A program made the position numbers and the translations under genes. From assembly GCA_965249575.1 (NCBI GenBank), contig OZ252244.1:1024001-1088000 (forward strand): a DNA stretch of 64,000 nt. The letters are read 5' to 3'. This DNA comes from Gemmatimonadales bacterium (GTDB lineage Bacteria; Gemmatimonadota; Gemmatimonadetes; Gemmatimonadales; GWC2-71-9). Below, in pieces: positions 41,582 to 50,851 of the stretch (the stretch's first letter is position 1; the number at the start of each line of letters is the position of its first letter). Under the pieces are notes generated by a model. The model searched no databases and was not told the DNA's origin. It worked only from the letters and a program-made list of their open reading frames with translations.

Positions 41582-42783
41582 AGGGCGTCGCGCTGGCGCT
41601 CGTGGGTGTCGGGCTGGCACTCCTCGCCGGTCAGCCGCAGAACGCCCGCGCCCAGGAGCCGGTCGTCGAGCGGATCCGGGAGAACCGGGAGCGCCTGGAA
41701 GCGATCCGGGTGGAGCGGGATCAACTCCAGTCCGAGCTCGATCGGCTCAGGGGTCGCGCCCACAGCATCAGCGGTGAGTTGGCGAATCTGGAGCGCCAGG
41801 CGGCGGTGACTAATCAGATCGTGAACGAGCTGGATCGACAGATCGGTTCGATGCGCGGCCAACTCGATACACTGACGCTGGAACTCTTGCTCGCCGAGGA
41901 CAATGTGACGGAGAAGCAAGCTGTCTTGGAACGCCGAGTGAGTGACATCTACAAACGCGGCCCAATGTGGGCCTTCGAGGTGATGCTCGCGGCGGAGAGT
42001 TTCGGCGACCTCTTGAGTCGATACAAGTACCTCTACCTCGCCACACGCCACGATCAGGCGCTCGTCGGCGACGTCAGGGATTTGCGCGACCGCATTGCCT
42101 CTCAGCGCCGTCAGTCGGTGAACGTTCGCCAGGAACTCGGCCGGCAACGTGACGAACGCGGCCGCGAGCTGACGAGATATCAACGCCTCGAGCGCGCCCG
42201 CTCGCGCAGCTTGCGGCAGACGCGAGTCTCGGAGCGTCAAGCGGAAAAGCGTCTTGACTCCCTCGCCCGCGATGAAGACCGCCTCAACGATATTCTGGCC
42301 GCACTGGAGCGGGCCCGCCGGCGCAGCCTCGCAATCGGCGGCAACGTCGAGGGGCGGCTCGCCGAGGGGACCATTCACACCAGCGATCTCGGGTCCCTCA
42401 ATTGGCCGGTCGAGGGCCCCGTCCGCTACCAGTTCGGGCGGTTCCGACGGCCCGATGGAACGCACATCCGATACAACGGCATCGGCATCGGCACGCCGGT
42501 CGGCACTCCTGTTCATTCCATCGAGCGTGGCACCATCCGCGTGGCCGAGCCGCTGAATACGTACGGTCCTACGGTAGTCGTGGATCACGGCGGGGGGTTC
42601 TATACGCTCTATCTGTACCTATCGCGCGTCGATGTCTCCGTCGGGCAGGTCGTGGACGCGGGCGCGGTCGTCGGGCTCTCGGGCGGCGAGAACTCCGATG
42701 AAGGCCCGCACCTCGAATTTCAGATTCGGGGCGAGGGGGGCATCGCCTTGGATCCGGTGAACTGGCTGAAGAACAGACGTTGA
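41578..42783 (+). CDS. envC: EnvC-like coiled-coil M23 murein hydrolase activator
   Basis: Signal peptide, long coiled coil, WPVEG, degenerate M23 (YNGIGI, DHGGG, HLEFQIR); follows ftsEX. Confidence 0.85.
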   Translation: MKGVALALVGVGLALLAGQPQNARAQEPVVERIRENRERLEAIRVERDQLQSELDRLRGRAHSISGELANLERQAAVTNQIVNELDRQIGSMRGQLDTLTLELLLAEDNVTEKQAVLERRVSDIYKRGPMWAFEVMLAAESFGDLLSRYKYLYLATRHDQALVGDVRDLRDRIASQRRQSVNVRQELGRQRDERGRELTRYQRLERARSRSLRQTRVSERQAEKRLDSLARDEDRLNDILAALERARRRSLAIGGNVEGRLAEGTIHTSDLGSLNWPVEGPVRYQFGRFRRPDGTHIRYNGIGIGTPVGTPVHSIERGTIRVAEPLNTYGPTVVVDHGGGFYTLYLYLSRVDVSVGQVVDAGAVVGLSGGENSDEGPHLEFQIRGEGGIALDPVNWLKNRR

Positions 42784-42832
42784 GCATTGCAGCCCCCACC
42801 CCCCCGCTCTGGCCGCGTTATCTTTTACAGGC

Positions 42833-43552
42833 ATGACTACGGAGCCCGCGCACTACACGCTGAGGGATCTCGCTCGGCAGCTCGACGTTCCGGAGTCGAC
42901 GGTCCGCTACTATCGCGATATCTATGGCGCCTACCTGCCGACCGTCGGGACCGGACGCAGGCGCTTGTATCCTCCCCTGGCCCTGGACATGCTGTCGGTC
43001 ATAGCCGACGGATATGCCCGCAATCTGAGCCGGGAGCAGATCGAGACCGCACTCTCAGACGTGTTGGCCGACGGAGGTAACGCCGCACCCGTTCCCGTGC
43101 AGGTCGATCAGCGGCCCGCCCATCCGCTTGCCCATGCCGACCTGCTCGCTACCGTCCTGGATGGCGAGCGTGAGCGACGCGAGGTCATGTGGCAGCTGGC
43201 GAAGGAAATCGTGCGACTGGGTGAGGCAATCGAGCGCCAACACCACATCCTCTCGGAAGTCGCGCGGCGTATGGACGATCCTCCTCGGCCCTCACTCCCA
43301 GCCGCCTCGGCTGGCTCCCGGGGGGACGGCGATTACGCCGCGACGAGGCAAAAACTCGACCACGAGATGGACGCACTGCGCGAAGAACTGGAGCGAGAAC
43401 GAGATCTTGTCGAGCGCCTCCGGCGTTCGAAGTTGGCGATCGAGCATCGAGTGGCAGATGCAGAGGCTCAGCTCCGGAGCACCACCTCCACCCAACGCCA
43501 CGGTTTGCTCGAGCGACTCCTCGCTCGTCGCGAGGGCCAGAGTCCTCCGTAA
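42833..43552 (+). CDS. MerR-type HTH plus coiled-coil protein
   Basis: YTLRDLARQLDVPESTVRYY..GRRRLY; C-terminal coiled coil ending GLLERLL. Confidence 0.8.
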   Translation: MTTEPAHYTLRDLARQLDVPESTVRYYRDIYGAYLPTVGTGRRRLYPPLALDMLSVIADGYARNLSREQIETALSDVLADGGNAAPVPVQVDQRPAHPLAHADLLATVLDGERERREVMWQLAKEIVRLGEAIERQHHILSEVARRMDDPPRPSLPAASAGSRGDGDYAATRQKLDHEMDALREELERERDLVERLRRSKLAIEHRVADAEAQLRSTTSTQRHGLLERLLARREGQSPP

Positions 43553-43567
43553 CTCCGCCCACCGCCC

Positions 43568-44230
43568 ATGACCGCGTCGTCGCCCTTTAGCTGGAAAGCC
43601 GAACGGCACAAGATGGTCCGCCGCCAACTGGTGGACCGGGGCCTCACCGACCGGCGGGTGCTGGCCGCGATGGCGGGCGTGCCCCGAGACCACTTCGTGC
43701 CCGAACATCTGCTCGATCGTGCTTATGACGACACGCCCCTGCCGGTCGGACACGGACAGACGATTTCCCAGCCCTACATCGTAGCGCTCATGACCATTGA
43801 GGCCGGCCTCACGCGGCAAAGCGTGGTTCTGGAAGTTGGGACCGGCACCGGGTATCACACCGCTGTGCTCGCGCGGATCGCCCGGCACATCGTGAGTGTC
43901 GAGCGGTTGGCGACGCTCTCGGCGGGAGCCGCCGGACGATTGTCACGAATCGGAATTCGCAACGTCGATTGCGTGGTCGGGGACGGCGCAGTGGGGAGCA
44001 CACCCTCGGCCCCATACGATGCCGTGATCGTCACGGCAGCCGCACCCGGGCCACCCCGTGCCCTGCTCGAGCAAGTGAAGGTGGGCGGACGGCTGGTGAT
44101 CCCGATTGGATCGCGAGACATCCAGGAGCTCACGGTCTTCGAGCGGCTGGCACGTGGGTACGACCGGCGCGGCGCTGGCGCGTGCCGCTTCGTACCGCTG
44201 GTCTCGCCCGCGTCCTTCGACCAAGGTTGA
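43568..44230 (+). CDS. pcm: Protein-L-isoaspartate O-methyltransferase
   Basis: AYDDTPLPVGHGQTISQP, VLEVGTGTGY, CRFVPL. Confidence 0.95.
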   Translation: MTASSPFSWKAERHKMVRRQLVDRGLTDRRVLAAMAGVPRDHFVPEHLLDRAYDDTPLPVGHGQTISQPYIVALMTIEAGLTRQSVVLEVGTGTGYHTAVLARIARHIVSVERLATLSAGAAGRLSRIGIRNVDCVVGDGAVGSTPSAPYDAVIVTAAAPGPPRALLEQVKVGGRLVIPIGSRDIQELTVFERLARGYDRRGAGACRFVPLVSPASFDQG

Positions 44231-45092
44231 TGCGGGATGATCTCCTCGGTGCACACGTCTCGACGGCCGGCGGGGCGGCCCGGGCGCCAGCCCGTGGGCG
44301 CGCCATCGGAGCCACGGCAATCCAAGTCTTCACGAAATCTCCCAATCAGTGGCGAGAGCCGGTACTTGGGGCCGAGGAGGCTGCTGCATACCGTCTCGAA
44401 GCCGCCACCCAGGGCATCCGGACCGCGATCTCCCACGACTCCTACCTGATCAACCTCGCCTCCCCGGATAAGCGCCTGCGTGCGCGCTCCATGGCGTGCT
44501 TCAAGGGCGAGCTCCGACGTGCCGCGCAGCTTGGCCTTAGCCACGTCGTGACCCACCCCGGACACTTCATGCGCGACCGGATGGCCGGCCTGAAGCGGAG
44601 CGCTTCGGGATACGCGGAGTGTCTTTCTTCCGTTCGGGGACCCGGAATCCTGATCGAAACGGCAGCAGGATCGGGAACCGTGCTCGGCGCGACGTTCGAG
44701 GAGTTGGCCGAGCTGCGGCGGCAGATCCCGCCGAGGGTCCGGGCGCGGGTCGGCTTTTGCATGGATACGTGTCACGTCTTCGCGGCGGGCTACGATCTCG
44801 TCGACGGCTGGGACCGCGTCTGGTCGGAGTGGGATCGAGCGGTCGGACGCCGGCACCTGCGCTGCATGCACCTCAACGACTCGAAGGCACCGCTCGGATC
44901 GCGCCGGGACCGCCACGAGCTGATCGGCGAAGGGATGTTGGGCGCTGGCCCCTTTCGTCGGATCATGCCGACCCGCGATTCGCACGGGTCATCAAGATTA
45001 TCGAAACCCCGAAAGGGGACGACCCAGAGCGGCAAGATCGCCGCATGTTGCGGCGACTGAGAGCGTTCGGGCGGGTACCAACCTGCTCCTAG
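44230..45092 (+). CDS. nfo: Endonuclease IV (frameshift ~44966)
   Basis: [34 protein letters not shown]-terminal ETPK lies in another frame. Confidence 0.92.
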
Positions 45093-45234
45093 CCCCGCCC
45101 CATCCGCCCACTCGGCCACCGGTCGCGCCCCCCCCTGGCACACGACCTGCGCGCTCGGAAAATGTGTTAGTTTTCTCGCTCGCCGGGCCCCCACGGCCGG
45201 GATGCTTGCTTCAGCGATCGAGACCGTAACCGAC

Positions 45235-46836
45235 ATGGCCACAACGACATATAGCGAGCCGAAGGGCGGCTCTTTTGCACCGGCCCTGTTTCCCACGTCT
45301 GAGGTCTACTGGAACCTCGGGCCCGCCGCCCTCTACGAGGCAGCGGTACGAAGGGGCGAGGGACAGGTCACCAAGGGCGGCGCTTTCAGCGCGACCACAA
45401 CGCCCCACACAGGGCGCTCGCCCGGTGACAAATTCGTGGTGCAAGATCCGGATTCCGAGGGTGAGATATGGTGGGGCAGGGTCAATCAGCCCATGGAGAC
45501 GGTGCACTACTCGCGACTCTACAAGGATGTGGTGAAGTATCTCGGAAGCCGCGAGCTGTTCGTGGCGGATCTCTTCGCCGGGGCTGATCCGGCGCTTCGA
45601 ATCAGTGTGCGCTTCGTGACCACGAACGCATGGCATGCGCTGTTCGTGCACAACATGTTCATCCGGCCGGGGCCTCGCGAGCTGGGGGACTTCACCCCGC
45701 GGTTCACCGTCCTGCACGCACCGGAGTTCCAGGCGAACCCCGCGACGCACGGGACAAAGACCGGCACATTCATCGTCGTGAACTTCGCCGAGCGCGTGGT
45801 TTTGATCGGCGGTACCCGCTATGCCGGGGAGATGAAGAAGTCGATCTTCACCGTATTGAACTATGTCTATCCGAAGCGCGGTGTCCTGCCGATGCACTGT
45901 TCGGCCAACGTCGGTCCGGACGGCGATACCGCCGTGTTCTTTGGGCTTTCGGGCACGGGCAAGACCACCCTCTCGGCGGATCCCACGCGGGGCCTGATCG
46001 GCGACGACGAACACGGATGGGCAGATGACGGGGTGTTCAACTTCGAGGGTGGGTGCTATGCGAAGGTGATCCGGCTCTCGGCCGAAGGCGAGCCTGAGAT
46101 TCACGCAACGACCCGGATGTTCGGTACGATTCTGGAGAACGTCGTCGTCGACCAAGGCACGCGTCAGGTCAATTTCGACGACGATTCGATCACCGAAAAC
46201 ACCCGGGCCTCTTACCCCATCCACTTCATACCGAACCACGTGCCTAGCGGGAGAGCGGGGCACCCGCGCAACATCATCCTCCTCACCGCTGACGCCTTCG
46301 GCGTCATGCCGCAGCTCGCGAAGCTGACGCCCGCGCAGACGATGTACCACTTCCTGTCCGGCTACACGGCGAAGGTGGCTGGCACGGAGCGCGGGGTTAC
46401 CGAGCCGCAAGCAACATTCAGTGCTTGCTTCGGCGCGCCGTTCCTCCCGCTCCACCCCAGTGTGTATGCCGAGATGTTGGGCGAGCGCATCGCTCAGCAC
46501 GACGTACGGTGCTGGTTGGTGAACACCGGATGGACGGGCGGGCCATATGGTGAAGGAACACGTATGAAGCTGGCGCACACCCGCGCCATGATCCGGGCGG
46601 CTCTCGACGGCGCTCTTGATGACGTGGCGACGAAACCCGACCCGACGTTCGGCTTTCAGGTACCGGTCGCGGTCCCGGGAGTCCCGACGGAGATACTCGA
46701 TGCTCGAAGCACGTGGTCGGACAAGAAGCGTTACGATGCACAGGCCGCAAAGCTCGCGACGATGTTCCAGGACAGCTTCGGCCGGTTTGCAGAAAAGGCA
46801 TCCGACGAGGTAGTAGACGCGGGACCCAAGGTATAA
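45235..46836 (+). CDS. pckA: Phosphoenolpyruvate carboxykinase (ATP)
   Basis: [46 protein letters not shown]. Confidence 0.97.
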   Translation: MATTTYSEPKGGSFAPALFPTSEVYWNLGPAALYEAAVRRGEGQVTKGGAFSATTTPHTGRSPGDKFVVQDPDSEGEIWWGRVNQPMETVHYSRLYKDVVKYLGSRELFVADLFAGADPALRISVRFVTTNAWHALFVHNMFIRPGPRELGDFTPRFTVLHAPEFQANPATHGTKTGTFIVVNFAERVVLIGGTRYAGEMKKSIFTVLNYVYPKRGVLPMHCSANVGPDGDTAVFFGLSGTGKTTLSADPTRGLIGDDEHGWADDGVFNFEGGCYAKVIRLSAEGEPEIHATTRMFGTILENVVVDQGTRQVNFDDDSITENTRASYPIHFIPNHVPSGRAGHPRNIILLTADAFGVMPQLAKLTPAQTMYHFLSGYTAKVAGTERGVTEPQATFSACFGAPFLPLHPSVYAEMLGERIAQHDVRCWLVNTGWTGGPYGEGTRMKLAHTRAMIRAALDGALDDVATKPDPTFGFQVPVAVPGVPTEILDARSTWSDKKRYDAQAAKLATMFQDSFGRFAEKASDEVVDAGPKV

Positions 46837-46842
46837 ACCCCG

Positions 46843-48144
46843 ATGGTGGCCCGGAGCGCCTTCAAGGTCATCCGCGACCCGCTCTGGAACAACATCGCCG
46901 TCGACGCCGATGCCGCATCCCTGATCGATAGCGAGCCGTTTCAGCGCCTCCGCTACATCCGCCAGCTCGGCCATGCATACCTCGTCTATCCCGGCGCCAC
47001 ACATACCCGGTTCGAACACGCCCTCGGAGCGTATCACCTCTCGCGACGTGCCCTTTCACTGCTCCGGGACCAGGGAGCGTTGGAGGGGATTCCCCATGAG
47101 GAAACCCTTCTCGTCCTCCTCGCCGCACTCCTCCACGACATCGGGCACTACCCGTTCTCACACGCACTCGAGGAAGCCGGGCTCCCATCGCACGAGCACC
47201 TGGCCGCGGCGCGATTGGAGCACCCGGAGATCCGCCGCGCGCTCCTGGCGGTCGGTATTACGGAGTGTACCGAGCGAATCGCCGCGCTCATCGGCGGGAC
47301 CAGCGGTTCCCCCCTTCAGGGACTGATCTCGGGCTCGCTGGACCTCGACAAGATCGAGTATCTGACGCGGGACGCATGGATGTGCGGCGTTCCCTACGGC
47401 ACGGTTGACGTTGACCGGCTCATTCATTCGCTCGTGGTGGTACGGCGCGAGCCAAAGGATGGCACGTCGGATCGAGCAGCCCCCACTCCCGCCATCGGCG
47501 TTCACGAGAAGGGCCTGAGCGCGCTCGAATCCCTGTTGTTCGCCAAGTACCAGATGTACCGCAACGTCTACTGGCACCACGCCGTGCGGAGCGCCACCGT
47601 CATGTTCAAGCGCCTGGTGCGGACGGCGCTCAAGCAAGGTGACCTCGAGACGGGATGGATCGCCCACAGCACTGACGAGGCGCTCATGGAGCGGCTGCGG
47701 AGACTGCCCAATGCGCCGTTGGCGCGTCGGCTGCGGGATCGGAAGCTCTACAAGCGCGCTGTGGACCTGGCGGCCACGGAGGCACCGAGCGGAGCGGGTG
47801 AGTGGGTTGCCGCAGACCCCGGCCTCGTCGAGCAGGTCGAGGACCGGCTGGCAGAGGAGGTCGGCCTCACCGCCGGCGACATCCTCCTCGACTTCCCTGC
47901 CAAGCCGCAGATGCTGTCGGCCGACCTCCCGCTCCTCAATCATCGTGGTGAGGTCGAGCCGTTGCGACTGGGATTGCAACGGATCGCCGAGGAGTTGCAC
48001 ACGAGCGCACGCCGGTTTCGGGTGTTCCTCGGAGAGCCCGTGACCCTCGACGCGCGTGCCATCGTCGCGTTACTGGAACGGCCGGCTGAAGAGATGCGCG
48101 CGGCGCTGCGAGAGGGCCGACCGCTACTCGCGGCGGGACGCTAG
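46843..48144 (+). CDS. HD-domain phosphohydrolase (SAMHD1/dNTPase-like)
   Basis: FQRLRYIRQLG, HTRFEHALG, LLHDIGH, DLDKIEY..RD, MYRNVYWH. Confidence 0.9.
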   Translation: MVARSAFKVIRDPLWNNIAVDADAASLIDSEPFQRLRYIRQLGHAYLVYPGATHTRFEHALGAYHLSRRALSLLRDQGALEGIPHEETLLVLLAALLHDIGHYPFSHALEEAGLPSHEHLAAARLEHPEIRRALLAVGITECTERIAALIGGTSGSPLQGLISGSLDLDKIEYLTRDAWMCGVPYGTVDVDRLIHSLVVVRREPKDGTSDRAAPTPAIGVHEKGLSALESLLFAKYQMYRNVYWHHAVRSATVMFKRLVRTALKQGDLETGWIAHSTDEALMERLRRLPNAPLARRLRDRKLYKRAVDLAATEAPSGAGEWVAADPGLVEQVEDRLAEEVGLTAGDILLDFPAKPQMLSADLPLLNHRGEVEPLRLGLQRIAEELHTSARRFRVFLGEPVTLDARAIVALLERPAEEMRAALREGRPLLAAGR

Positions 48145-48326
48145 CCTTCGAGCGTTTGGCCGCCGGCTTCGGCAAGTCGCGACGCCAGCGCCCGGTAGTA
48201 GGCCGCGTCGTCGGCACGACCCGCGTTCTCCATGGAAAGGGCGCAAACCTCGAGCGCGTAGAGAATGGGCCCGAGATGTTCGGCCGCCACGCGACCGACG
48301 GTGTCCGGGTTCGGGCCGGCGGTCAC
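48141..48326 (-). CDS. Small hypothetical protein
   Basis: GTG start overlaps the PP2C stop; 61-aa helical ORF. Confidence 0.5.
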   Translation of the reverse strand: MTAGPNPDTVGRVAAEHLGPILYALEVCALSMENAGRADDAAYYRALASRLAEAGGQTLEG

Positions 48327-49111
48327 CCTCCGGCGACGGCCGCCGTCGAGGTCTCGTCTTGCGCGGCGTCCACACGGTCGACCCGAATGAGGACGGCCGT
48401 GATGTTGTCCAGGCCTCCCCTGTCGTTCGCTTCGACGATCAATGTATCCACGATCTCCTGCGGAACCCGCTCGGCGTCCAGGATCGCGTAGAGCTCGTTG
48501 TCCTCCAGCATGCCGGTCAGCCCGTCGGAAGCGAGCAGATACAGATCTCCCGCCCGCAGCGTACCGACATACACGTCGGGCGCGACCTCTCCATTGGCGC
48601 CGACACACCGCGTGATGACGTTGCTGTAGGGATGCGTCCGGGCCTGCTCGGGCGTGAGATGACCCGCATCAACCTGCTCTTGGACGTACGAGTGGTCCTT
48701 GGTGAGCTGAACGAGCTGCCCGTCACGCAGCAGGTAGGCGCGGCTGTCACCGACTTGGCCGATGAGATACCGCGGCCCGTTGATCTTCATGGCGGTCGCG
48801 GTCGTTCCCATCCCCCGCTTGTCCTGCTCGTCGAGCGTGCGCTGATAGATCGCAGCGTTTGCTTCTCGAATGGAGCGTCGGATCGCCTCGGCCGCCTCAG
48901 AATCAGACAGGTCGGACACGCTTCCGAGCTCTTTGGCGATGATGCGGACCGCCATCTCGCTGGCGACTTCCCCAGCGGCGTGCCCCCCCATCCCGTCGGC
49001 CACGACGAATACCCCACGCGCCGGGACCATGAGATAGTTGTCCTCGTTGCCGGACCGGATGACGCCGACATCCGTCCGGCCGGCGCAGGTGAGCGAAACG
49101 CCGGTGGTCAA
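48323..49111 (-). CDS. PP2C-family Ser/Thr phosphatase
   Basis: TDVG..RSGNED, VADGMGGH, GMGTT, VGDSRAY, SDGL, GGLDNIT. Confidence 0.95.
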   Translation of the reverse strand: MTTGVSLTCAGRTDVGVIRSGNEDNYLMVPARGVFVVADGMGGHAAGEVASEMAVRIIAKELGSVSDLSDSEAAEAIRRSIREANAAIYQRTLDEQDKRGMGTTATAMKINGPRYLIGQVGDSRAYLLRDGQLVQLTKDHSYVQEQVDAGHLTPEQARTHPYSNVITRCVGANGEVAPDVYVGTLRAGDLYLLASDGLTGMLEDNELYAILDAERVPQEIVDTLIVEANDRGGLDNITAVLIRVDRVDAAQDETSTAAVAGG

Positions 49112-49112
49112 G

Positions 49113-50705
49113 CTACCGGGCGAGGAGGAGGAACGCGAACACAATCGCGCCGAGGATGAGCAACACGAGCAGAAGGGTCAACCAGGGAGACCGCTGCGCC
49201 GGCTGTGGGCGCCGGAGGGGCGGCCGGGGCGCGCGGGTCGGCCGACGCCCCTGCACCTGATCCGGAGCGTGGGCGGTCGGACCAGGTCCGGCGCCGCCCC
49301 CGCCCACGCCCCCACTCGAGGGCGGCGGTGACGACGCGGCGGACCGCGGTGACTGCCCCCCACTCCCTGACGGCTTCGCGGGTGGGATCTTGATCGCCTG
49401 GAGCATCTTCGTGGAAGACCCCTTCGCCGCGTCGATCGTGTCGTCGGTGGGCTCGAACATCGTGCCAACCGCGCCGAATCGCACGAGTGCGCCCGGCGCC
49501 AAGGGGGCCTCCCCCGACACCTGCTCGCCATCCACAAAGGTCCCATTCGTAGAGTCCAGATCGACCAGAACCCAAACCCCTTCACGGCGCTGCAACTTGG
49601 CGTGCACCGTGGACACACTGTCCTCCGGAAGCACGATGTCGTTGTAGTCGGCCCGCCCGACGTTCACCACCGGGATACGAATCGGAAATCGGTGGCCCTT
49701 CATCGTCCCGCTCCGGACGAGCAGGGTCGCGAGGACGCCCCCCGAGCTCGGGCGCGCCGCCGGCTCTGCGGTCGACCCCCTCTGGGGCGCCCTCACCACG
49801 GCATCTTCGCCGGTTCTGGGGGAGACCGGTACCGCGTCGGCGCCCGCCCTTGTACTCCCGCTTTGGGAGCCGACACCCGGTATCCCATGCAGCCTGTTGG
49901 ACAACTGCTGCGCGGCTCCTGGGGGCGGGCCAGTAGGCTGTGTTTTTTGTGAGCCTGGGCTGACGGTCGGCGCCGTGGTCACCTGCGCATCCGGGGGTGA
50001 GGCCGCGGCCGGTGAAGGCGCTTGCTCCGGCGCGGGGGCAGGGGCAGCGTCAGCGTAAAACCGAAAATCGTCATCCCCTAGGCGAACGACGTCGGCGCGG
50101 GCGAGCAGGCGCTGTCCTCCGATCTGCTCCCCGTTCACGAACGTTCCATTAGTACTGCTGTCGATCACTAGATATCCCTTGGGCGTCACGATGATCTCCG
50201 CATGACGCCGGGAGACGTTCTTGTTCGTGAGCACGACCTCGCAGCTGGCATCACGACCAATCACGAGCGACTGGCCCGAAATCGTGTATTCCCGGCCGTC
50301 CGTCAGACAGACCAGCCGGCCCCCTGTTGACGCGGTTGCCGTCTTGGGACCGGAGGATTTGCCGGAGGCCGCCGCCATCGCGGCTGGATCGACAGCCTGG
50401 ACGTACTGCGTACTCCCGCTGCGCCGCTCATCGACGTAGAGCAGCTCTTGCTTGCCAATCTGTATTTTGTCGCCATGCAAGAGCGGCGATGGCTGCGGGC
50501 CAAGCCGCACGCCATTTATGAGGATCTGCAGGTTGTCGGACGCCTTCCGGACAGCGACCTGACCGTCTGGCAGGGTCCGCAACACGGCGTGTCGAGGCTC
50601 GACACCTTCACCGCTCAACATTACGTGTGCGGACGGATCGCTTCCGATGATCGCCTCCCCGGGGGGAATGCGATGGCGCCGTCCACCGAACTCTAGGAAA
50701 GACAT
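49113..50705 (-). CDS. Triple-FHA membrane-anchored protein
   Basis: Three FHA-like repeats (IGR..VSRRHA..STNGTFVNG; VGR..VSTVHA..STNGT), Pro-rich linkers, C-terminal TM helix. Confidence 0.9.
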   Translation of the reverse strand: MSFLEFGGRRHRIPPGEAIIGSDPSAHVMLSGEGVEPRHAVLRTLPDGQVAVRKASDNLQILINGVRLGPQPSPLLHGDKIQIGKQELLYVDERRSGSTQYVQAVDPAAMAAASGKSSGPKTATASTGGRLVCLTDGREYTISGQSLVIGRDASCEVVLTNKNVSRRHAEIIVTPKGYLVIDSSTNGTFVNGEQIGGQRLLARADVVRLGDDDFRFYADAAPAPAPEQAPSPAAASPPDAQVTTAPTVSPGSQKTQPTGPPPGAAQQLSNRLHGIPGVGSQSGSTRAGADAVPVSPRTGEDAVVRAPQRGSTAEPAARPSSGGVLATLLVRSGTMKGHRFPIRIPVVNVGRADYNDIVLPEDSVSTVHAKLQRREGVWVLVDLDSTNGTFVDGEQVSGEAPLAPGALVRFGAVGTMFEPTDDTIDAAKGSSTKMLQAIKIPPAKPSGSGGQSPRSAASSPPPSSGGVGGGGAGPGPTAHAPDQVQGRRPTRAPRPPLRRPQPAQRSPWLTLLLVLLILGAIVFAFLLLAR

Positions 50706-50851
50706 CGGGTTCCTCGATCTGCGAGGCGTATCTACCAGAAATTACTTTGGGCCGTCCAGCGGTGCAACCAAACCGGAACGGCGCCCATCGCGCGGGGCCA
50801 CGATTGGCATGGCCTTGTAGGGGTGGAGGTGCCGTCCTATGCTTCACACCT

